Shown: positions 1 to 9,280 of the stretch, piece by piece
Layout: each line of letters starts with the position of its first letter
How positions within the stretch are numbered: the first letter of the stretch is position 1
Assembly (NCBI GenBank): GCA_964187785.1
Contig: OZ076409.1
Span: forward strand, 71,736,001-71,800,000
Source: Amphiscolops sp. MND2022
Taxonomy: Eukaryota
Direction of reading: 5' to 3'
Length of the DNA: 64,000 nucleotides
The notes under the pieces: generated by a model
What the model saw: only the letters and a program-made list of their open reading frames with translations
The model's database searches: none
Told to the model about the DNA's origin: nothing
Translations under genes and position numbers: made by a program

Positions 1-109
1 CGCACCCAATATGATCGAAAATGCTATTCACAATGGTGACATGTGCTCTTTCAACGATCCTGGCTGGACAAGGTTTGCATATTTTTCAAGTACCTGTCAG
101 CTGAATCTT

Positions 110-157
110 GTGATAGCCTTTTAAGTTGGCCTTGTGTCAACTTGGGAAGGCTATCAC
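110..157 (+). other. Subterminal hairpin alpha (representative; present in every A, C and E unit with a 3' end in the window)
   Basis: GTGATAGCCTT-TT-AAGTTGGC-CTTGT-GTCAACTT-GGG-AAGGCTATCAC is an imperfect inverted repeat. Confidence 0.9.
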
Positions 158-483
158 ATCAAACAACCATCAACAAAAATAATTTTTGTTTATTGGATAT
201 TACAGTTGATACCTTATTTCGTGATTCTATACTACCGTTAGTATATTCCATGAGGTCACCTTACGATTGCATTCAGACTTTGATGAAAACCTATGAACTC
301 AAAGTCACATTTATATATTTTTTGCCCAAAAAAATCATCAAAAACATCTAATATATATAAAATTGAGTCTTTAACTTTTTTACGTTTCAAGTTTCTGCCG
401 TTATTAAGCCAATCAACTTCCTACAGCCACGCTCTCTGTCATACTGTACAACGCCACATAGTGTTGCGACGTGCACGGTCTGT

Positions 484-503
484 GGGCATGCCGAGGCATG
501 CCC
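484..503. promoter_or_regulatory. 20-bp palindrome GGGCATGCCGAGGCATGCCC, p53-family response-element-like (representative of 26 copies)
   Basis: Two adjacent decamers matching RRRCWWGYYY at 9/10 and 10/10, with no spacer. Function untested. Confidence 0.5.
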
Positions 504-525
504 TTCGACGACGTATGCCGAATAC

Positions 526-555
526 CGCGGGCCTACGCCCGCGCTCCCCGGCTAG
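526..555 (+). terminator. Helitron-like 3' terminal hairpin plus CTAG (representative; a putative transposition or replication end signal, not a transcription terminator)
   Basis: CGCGGGC-CTAC-GCCCGCG, then 8 nt, then CTAG. Confidence 0.55.
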
Positions 556-2539
556 GTGGGCGGGGGTAATTCCCCAACAAAAATTACGGCCGGCGGGTTG
601 GGTCCTGCCGGACGTCAAATAGCAAAGAATATCTAGTAGGAAACGGCGACACAGAATCGCGATTTTTAAATCTAACCACAATTTTTTGGACTTGGAGTGC
701 ATGCGGCCCTGAAATGCTCATACGAATCGAAGTTCCTGCTGACGTTAAGCGATTGAAATAATATATAAAAAGTTATGGCCCATTTTCCACTCACATAGAA
801 GGGTAAAATGAGGAAATTTTTAACAAAGTCGCTGATAACTCAAAATGTGTTAATTTTTGGACATTGACTGTGAAACAAACTTGGAACCTTCATTTCGTGG
901 CTGTGACATTGCACTGAACAGAAAAGATGTAGAGTTTTTACATTTTTTGAAAATTCGACATTTTTGAAATTTTTTTCACTACTATCAGTACACCATATGT
1001 CAAAAACGCCTCAGAAAAAAATTTTTCTTTGCTTTAAATTGGAAACTTTGGTATCCATGGTTTCTGTCGGAACCTACTCGCAGCCAAACACCCAACAGTT
1101 TGCATCCAATGTGAAAATAAAAATTTTTTCTGGGTCATAAGCGTTTCACAAGGATTTCTCAACTTAGTATTAATTTACAAAATAGTCAATTTGAACACAA
1201 TATTTTCATCGAGGCTTGTCGGCTATAGCCCTAATGTTCTAGAACGGTCCCAATGGCAACGTAGGAACCATTTATAGTAATAGAAAGTTAAAAAAAATAT
1301 TTTCACCCGGTCTTCAGTCATTTTTCAGTCATTCGGAACTTAACTTAGAAAAATTTCGACCAAAATACCCATTTTTTGTCAGGTCGAAAAATCAAATTCA
1401 GATTTTTAAGCAAAATTATTAACTCTGACGTGACTCATGGGGCCCATGATACTCAAAACAACGATTGACACTGGTATCAATGGCTCCAATAACATATGAG
1501 TCGCGATCGGACGTTATTTTGAGCAATATGTCTCAATTGAGGTAAAGATCTCGCAAGCCAGCGATCACTGTCAAATGTGATTTCATCAAAATTTTACTCA
1601 TTTTTGTCAATCATTATGTGCACAGAATGCGTAGGGTGCGTTTCAGCACTATAATGAGGTTTTTGAATGCATCGAGTTGCTCAAGGGGTGGTATGAGACA
1701 TTTTTGTCCCATATACTACTGTATTTTCCAAAATTTTTAGCCCAATATCTGGAAATACAAACTTGACAAAACACTTTCAACTACTTTATTCAAAGGTTAC
1801 GATATAGATCAACACTGTGGTTGATCAGAAACTTTCATCTCTTTCGTTTTCCGAAATATTTTCCTTCGCATGTGTTATATTTGTATCAGAAAAAAAATCG
1901 AAACTGAAAAATACGCTATTTTGCTAAAATAGAATCGCAATGATTGTGCCTAAAAACTCTTTAAACACTTCTAACGCGACCTTACGCACCCAAAATGATC
2001 GAAAATGCTAATCACAATGGTGACATGTGCTCTTTCAACGATCCTGGCTGGACAAGGTTTGCATATTTTTCAAGTACTTGTCAGCTGAATCTTGTGATAG
2101 CCTTTTAAGTTGGCCTTGTGTCAACTTGGGAAGGCTATCACATCAAACAACCATCAACAAAAATAATTTTTGTTTATTGGATATTACAGTTGATACCTTA
2201 TTTCGTGATTCTATACTACCGTTAGTATATTCCATGAGGTCACCTTACGATTGCATTCAGACTTTGATGAAATCCTATGAACTCAAAGTCACATTTATAT
2301 ATTTTTTGCCCAAAAAAATCATCAAAAACATCTAAAAAATATAAAATAGAGTCTTTAACTTTTTTACGTTTCAAGTTTCTGCCGTTATTAAGCCAATCAA
2401 CTTCCTACAGCCACGCTCTCTGTCATAGTGTACAACGCCACATAGTGTTTCGACGTTCACGGTCTGTGGGCATGCCGAGGCATGCCCTTCGACGACGTAT
2501 GCCGAATACCGCGGGCCTACGCCCGCGCTCCCCGGCTAG
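556..2539 (+). repeat. Unit U1, family A (1984 bp; head H1, tail T1)
   Basis: Junction to junction; closely similar to U6. Confidence 0.95.
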
Positions 2540-4520
2540 GTGGGCGGGGGTAATTCCCCTTCAAAAAATTCGGCCGGCGGGTTGGGTCCTGCCGGACGTC
2601 AAATAGTGTGAAACATCCAGTAGGAAACGGCGACATTTATCAGCGATTTTAAAATTTAACCGTTAGAATTCGGACTTGGAGTGCATGCGGCCCCAAAATG
2701 CCCATACAAATGGAAGTTCCTGCTGACGTTAAGCGATAAAAACACTTTATAAAAAGTTATGGCCCATTTTACGTTCACTTAGAGAGGTAAAATGAGGAAA
2801 ATTTTAACAAAGTTGCTGATAACTCAAAATACATTAATTTTTGGACTTTGACTGTGAAACAAGCTTGGAACCTTCATTTCGTGGCTGTGGCATTGCACTG
2901 AACTCAAAAGATGTAAAGTTTTCACAATTTTGGAAAATTCGACATTTTTGAATTTTTTTCACTACTATCAGTACACTATATGTCAAAAACACCTCTGAAA
3001 AAATTTTTTGTTTGCTTAAATTTAGAAACCTCGGTATCCATGGTTTCTGTCGGAACCTACTCGCAGCCAAACACTCAACAGTTTGCATCCAATGTGAAAA
3101 TAAAATTTTTTTCGGGGTCATAAGCGTTTCACAAGGATTTCTCAACTTAGTATTAATTTACAAAATGGTCATTTTGAACACAATATTTTCATCGAGGCTT
3201 GTCGGCTATAGCCTTAATGTTCTAGAACGGTCCCACTGGCAACGTAGGAACCATTTATAGTAATAGAAAGTATTAAAAAATTTTTTCATCCGGTCTTCAG
3301 TCATTTTTCAGTCATTCGGAACTTAACTTAGAAAAATTTCGACCAAAATACCCATTTTTTGTCAGGTCGAAAATTCAAATTCAGATTTTTAAGCAAAATT
3401 ATTAACTCTGACGTAACCCATGGGGCCCATGATACTCAAAACAATGATTGACACTGGTATCAATGGCTCCAATAACATATGAGTCGCGATAAGACGTTAT
3501 TTTGAGCAATACGTCTCAATTGAGGTAAAGATCTCGCAAGCCAGCGATCACTGTGAAATGTGATTTCATCAAAAATTTACTCATTTTTGTCAATCACTAT
3601 GTGCACAGAATGCGTAGGGTGCGTTTCAGCACTATAATGAGGTATTTGAAAGCATCGAGTTGCTCAAGGGGTGGTATGAGACATTTTTGTCCCATATACT
3701 TCTGTATTTTCCAAAATTTTTAGCCCAATATCTGGAAATACAAACATGACAAATAACTTTCAACTACTTTATTCAAAGGTTACAATATAGATGAACACTG
3801 TGGTTGATCAGAAACTTTCATCTCTTTCGTTTTCCGAAATATTTCCCTTCGCATGTGTTACATTTGTAGCAGAAAAAAAATCGATACTGAAAAATACGCT
3901 ATTTTGCTAATATAGAATCGCAATGATTGTGCCTAAAAACTCTTTAAACACTTCTAGCGCGACCTTACGCACCCAAACTTATCGAAAATGCTATTCACAA
4001 TGGTGACATGTGCTCTTTCAACGATCCTGACTGAACAATTTTCGCAAATTATTCAAGTACCTGTTAACTGAATCTCGTGATAGCCTTTTAAGTTGGCCTT
4101 GTGTCAACTTGGGAAGGCTATCACATCAAAAAATTTCCAACAATAAAACTTTTTGTTTATTGGAAATGACAGTCGATATATAATTTCGTGATTCTATACT
4201 ACCGTTAGTACCTTCCATTAAGTCACGTGACGATTGCATTCAGTCTTTGATAAATACCTATGAACTCGAAGTCATATTTATAAATTTTTCGCTAAAAATA
4301 ATTATCAAAATTATCCAAATTATTTAAAATTGAGTCTTTATCGTTTTTGTTTTTCTTTTTCTACTGTTATTAGGCCCATCAACTTCCTACAGCCACGCTC
4401 TCTGTCATTAGTACAACGCCACATAGTGTTGCGACGTTCACAGTCTGTGGGCATGCCGAGGCATGCCCTTCGACGACGTATGCCGAATACCGCGGGCCTA
4501 CGCCCGCGCTCTCCGGCTAG
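2540..4520 (+). repeat. Unit U2, family A (1981 bp; head H2, tail T1)
   Basis: Junction to junction; closely similar to U5. Confidence 0.95.
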
Positions 4521-6719
4521 GTGGGCGGGGGTAATTCCCCAACAAAAAAATCGGCCGGCGGGTCGGGTCCTGCCGGCCGTCCAAAATCAAAATCCTCCTA
4601 GTAGAAAACGGCCGGTCAAACGAGCTATTTTTTTATTTAACCGTTAGAATTTGGGTTTAGATTGCATGCGGCCATGAAATGGCCATACGAATGGAAGTTC
4701 CTGCTGACGTTTTGCGATTGAAACACTTTATAAAAAGTTATGGCCAATTTGTCATTCACCTAGAAGGGCAAAATGAGGAAAATTTTAACAAAGTCACTGA
4801 TAACTCAAAATGTAATAATTTTTGGACTTTGACAGTGAAACAAGCTTGGAACTGTCATTTCGTGGCTGTGGCATTGCACTGAACACAAAAGATGTAAAGT
4901 TTTCACATTTTTTGAAAATTCGACATTTTTGAATTTTTTTTCACTACTATCAGTACACTATATGTCAAAAACGCCTCTGAAAAAAATTTTTATTTGCTTA
5001 AAATTAGAAACCTTGGTATCCATGGTTTCCGTCAGTACCTACTCGCTGCCAAACGCTCAACAGTTTGCATCCAATGTGAAAATATAATTTTTTTCGAGGT
5101 CATAGGTGTTTCACAAGGATTTCTCAACTTAGTATCTATTTACAAATTGGTCATTTTGAACACATTATTTTCATCGAAGCGTGTCAGATACCACCCTAAT
5201 GCTCACGAATGGGCCTACTGGCAACGTTGGAACCATTTTTAGTAATAGAAAGTATTAAAAAAATATTTTCACCCGGTCTTCAGTCATTTTTCAGACATTC
5301 GGTACTTAACTTAGAAAAATTTCGCATCAAAAACCCATATTTGGTAGGGTCGAAATTTGAAATTCAGTTTTTTATGCAAAATTATTAACTCTGACGTAAC
5401 CAGTGGAGCCCATGATACTCAAAAACACGATTGGGACTGGTAGCAGTGGCTCCAATAACATATGAGCCGCGATAAGACGTTATTCAGAGCAAACGCTCTA
5501 AATCGAAGTAAACATCTCTGAAGCCTGGGATCACAGTGAAATGTGATATCACCAAAAGTTTACTCTTTTTTGTCAATCACTATGTACACAGAGTGCGTAG
5601 GGTGAGTTTCAGGACTATAATGAGGTTTTTGAAGTAATCGCGCTGCTCAAGGGGTGGTATGAGACTATTTTTTCCCATATACTACTACATTTCCATAAAT
5701 TTGCAGTCCATTGTCTTGGAAAGATAACTTCACAAAAACAATTTTTCTACTCTATTCAGTTATTAGAATAAAGTTGAACACTGTGGGTGATCAGAAATGC
5801 TCAATTCTTTTGGTTTTTAAAAAAAATCCTTCGCATTCGTTACATTTGTGGAAGGAAGGTTATCAGTAGCTCCAAAAAAACGAAATTTAGCACGAACAGA
5901 CATGCAACGATGCAAAGCAAAAACGTTTTTACAACTTCCGACGTTATTATTTTACACAAGAAGTTCGAAAATATCATTCGCAATGCTGTCATTCGCTATA
6001 TATACGATCGCGGTCAATTTACAAACATTTAGATTTCATTGTTCTGCTTGAAAACCAATTTTTGTCAGGTCGAAATTTTAAATTTTGCCTGGGGAGCAAT
6101 ACCCTTCACGCTGAAGTAAACAGTGGGGCCCAAGTTACTCAAAAACAAGAAAGAGACTGCTACAATATGTCCTAATAACATATGGACCACGATAGTACGT
6201 TTTTCACACAAAAAACTCTCATCCGAAGTAAATATGTTGAAAGCTTTTAATCACCGTGAGAAGTGATTTCATCAAAAAATAACTCTTTTTTGTCAATCAC
6301 TATTTACACAGAATTTGTAAAGTTAGTTTGAGTCAAGAAATGAGGCTTTACCGTAATATGGGTTGCTCAAGGTGTTATATAAGACAAAAACTTCCTCTTT
6401 TCTACTAGCTTCTTCAAATATTTCAACCCTTTGTCACAATAAGTTAATATTCAAAATCTCTTTGAAATGTATCTTTATGTTGGGGTGAAGTCTAAGAACA
6501 ATAACTATGATCGAAGAATGCTAGTACTGGTGTTTGAACCATGTCCGGATGAACAAATCACAAAATCATCAAAAAATTGTTCCCTTTTTTGGTTATTTTG
6601 GCAGTACTAAAAATGTTAGCCGAGAAATAATTTTTTCGATGGCACCATTGGATTCCTCTCAAAAAGTTGGTTATATGACCTGTGTAATAACCCCGTATCT
6701 TTTCAATTTAAATATATTT

Positions 6720-8100
6720 AAAAAGCCAACTATTTTGACCAAAATCCTAAAAATCATACCATTTCCTAAAAATTTTCAAATGCACCCCATTTGACGTATA
6801 AGATAAGCACAGAAAACTATCATATACCGATCAACTCTACTCCTATTGTAGATTATTAGAATTTTGTTTAGAATGAATTTTGATGAATAATAAAAAAATT
6901 TTGAACCCTCCAAAAATGGGCCAAAATTACACGAAAAAATTGACCTTAAAATACCAAAATGTCAAAAAATCATCAAAACCCAGGCTTCTTGGGGTTCTAT
7001 CAACTCCGCGTGGTCCACAGAGTATGCTAAAACAGGTTTTACCCGTTTTTGAGCAATATGTGAAAAAGCCGACATTTTTGGGAAAGAAAAACATACCATT
7101 TCATGAAAAAATTCAAATGCACGTCATTTGCCGTATTAGAATAGCACAGAAAACTATCACATACCAATCAACTCTACTTTCTTTGCAGATGAACAGAATT
7201 TTGTTTAGAATAAATTTTACCGGATAATAAAAAAATTTGAATCCTTCAAAAATGGGCCAAAAATACACGAAAAAATGGACCTTAAAAATTTAAAATGTCA
7301 AAAAATCATCAAAACAACAGCTTCTTGGGGTTCTATCAACTCCACGAGGTCCACAGAGTATGCTAAAACAGGTTTTACCCGTTTTTGAGCAATATGTGAA
7401 AAAGCCGACATTTTTGGGAAAGAAAAACATACCATTTCCTAAAAAAATTCTAATGCACGCCATTTGCCGTATGAAAATAGCACAGAAAACTATCACATAC
7501 CAATCAACTCTACTTTCATTGCAGATGAACAGAATTTTGTTTAGAATAAACTTTACCGGATAATAAAAAAAATTGATTCCTTCTAATATGGGCCAAAATT
7601 ACACGAAAAAATGGACCTTAAAATTTTAAAATGTCAAAAAATCATCAAAACCACGGCTTCTTGGGGTTCTATCAACTCCACGTGGTCCACAGAGTATGCT
7701 TAACCCGGTTTTACCCATCTTTGAGCAAAATGTGAAAATACCGACATTTTTGGAAAAGAAAAACATGCCATTTTCTAATAAATTTCAAATGCACGCCATT
7801 TGCTGTATGAGAATAACACAGAAAGCTGTCACATACCGATCAACTCTACTTCCATTGTAGATTATCAGAAGTTTGTTTAGAATAAATTTTGAAGGATAAT
7901 AAAAAAATTTGAATCCATCAAAAATGGGCCAAAATTACACGAAAAAATTGACCTTAAAATATCAAAATGTCAAAAAATCATCAAAACCACAATTTCTTGG
8001 CGTTCTATCAACTCCATATGATACCAAACCAGGTACTGCCAATCGTTTGAGTTATAATAAAAAAACGTCTTTTTTGGCAAGAATTCCATACCATAAATAA
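6720..8100 (+). repeat. Internal 336-bp tandem repeat (about 4 copies) of family B
   Basis: TGGGCCAAAA at 6917, 7253, 7589 and 7925 (period 336). Boundaries are approximate. Confidence 0.9.
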
Positions 8101-8305
8101 TAATCATGTTCCATATAAGAAGCGAATCATTTCAGATATATACCCTGTTCATTTTTTTAATATTACCGATTATTAATTTAATAGATGTTTTGAATGTGAG
8201 CTTCCTAAAAGGTTCAGGTGTGATGATACGTAAATAGAACCTTAGTTTCATCGAAATCTCAATTGAATATGTCCAATCTTAACCATCAGATAACAAGAAA
8301 CACTT

Positions 8306-8348
8306 AAGTACATTCCATCTCCCCATCGGGGGAGATGAGAATGTACTT
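8306..8348 (+). other. Subterminal hairpin beta (representative; present in every B and D unit)
   Basis: AAGTACATTC-CATCTCCCC-ATCG-GGGGAGATG-A-GAATGTACTT is an inverted repeat with one bulged A. Confidence 0.9.
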
Positions 8349-9280
8349 TCGAGAAGCCAAATACGTCCAACATTCAAACTTTTGTAACTTTGTATGTAAC
8401 TCCTGAAACGAAGAAGGAATAAAATTGTTTCTGGTACATACATGAGTCTTTACTTCAGCTTCTATTTCTGCTGAACAAAACCATTCGACTCTTTTGCCGG
8501 AGTTAAGATCGATTGTATTACCCAGTGAACAAAGGCATGACTGAAAACGTTTACTACTTTGTTCATAATTTTCTGGCCTTCCGAAATGATGAAACGTCCA
8601 CATAACTAAGATAGCAAGTGAATGACTGCGAAATGCACCTTATTAGATGAGGTAAATAACGTGTAAAACTCTCCTTTATCCTAACATGAGGTTGAGTAAT
8701 GATCATTTGAGAATAGTTTGATATGTGAATACAATAGTATAAAACAAGTACATTTTATATGAATAACGCCGTGGAAAGCGTTCAGAAAGGACAGTAGGCT
8801 TGTTTGGAACATGTATGTGTGGTGTCCCTTGGTGGCGTTCGCTTAGTGTATATGTCGAGGGGTATTCGAGTTGTTATGATAGAATTTACACACAAGTCTT
8901 TTGTTTTTTGGTTTTTTTAAAATGTCGTTAAGTACCTGCATTCTATCCCCTTCTCAGAGATGACGTGAAGTTACGTTTGCTAAATAAATGTCATCGAAAG
9001 ATCACACTCCCGACGAAATTAACTATCTTAACACGTGTTTAGAATTTTAAATAAACAACCGTATAAGATTTTTATATTTCATTGAGTTTGATGAGGTCTT
9101 TTGTTCTTCTCACTACTATTTCAACCAATACACATATCCGTTACCATATCACATGTCTCCATTAGTACAACGCCACATAGCGTTCCGACGCCCACAGTCT
9201 GTGGGCATGCCGAGGCATGCCCTTCGACGACGTATGGCAAATGGAGCCATGCCCGCCGTCTTTACGGCGGTAGCGGCTAG

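Larger units (their letters stand above)
1..555 (+). repeat. Unit U0, family A (partial, 3' part only)
   Basis: Matches 1985-2539. Contains hairpin alpha (110-157) and the conserved tail. Confidence 0.95.
4521..9280 (+). repeat. Unit U3, family B (4760 bp; head H3, tail hairpin CCGCCGT-CTTT-ACGGCGG)
   Basis: A-like 5' part, 720-bp degenerate duplication, 336-bp tandem array, hairpin beta and a B-specific 3' segment. Confidence 0.95.

Noticed and set aside
563..575. NF-kB site (GGGGTAATTCCCC) or G-quadruplex in the head
   Set aside because: The match to GGGRNWYYCC is imperfect, and the central bases vary in length among families while the GGGG/CCCC pairing persists. The G-runs are separated by a loop of about 28 nt and sequestered in stems.
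450..615. CRISPR-like repeat-spacer array
   Set aside because: The intervening sequences are 1.3-4.8 kb and homologous to each other, and there are no cas genes.
450..615. 5S rRNA, tRNA or snRNA tandem gene as the conserved core
   Set aside because: I see no recognisable 5S, tRNA or U-snRNA sequence or cloverleaf, and the two halves of the core reassort at the junction. An Rfam scan would be the formal test.
586..760. HDV-like or hammerhead ribozyme (GGCCGGC...GCCGG; CTGACG...GAAA)
   Set aside because: The first is a simple hairpin without the nested pseudoknot, and the second lacks the CUGANGA core and flanking stems.
552..860. Spliced-leader RNA gene (AG|GT plus Sm-like AATTTTTGG at 852-860)
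   Set aside because: The would-be exon is variable and GC-rich. The Sm-like motif conserved in A/B is about 300 nt downstream and is not positionally conserved in C, D or E.
1165..1173. CRESS-virus nonanucleotide-like TAGTATTAA
   Set aside because: It has one mismatch to TAGTATTAC, is not in a stem-loop, and is mutated in many A copies.
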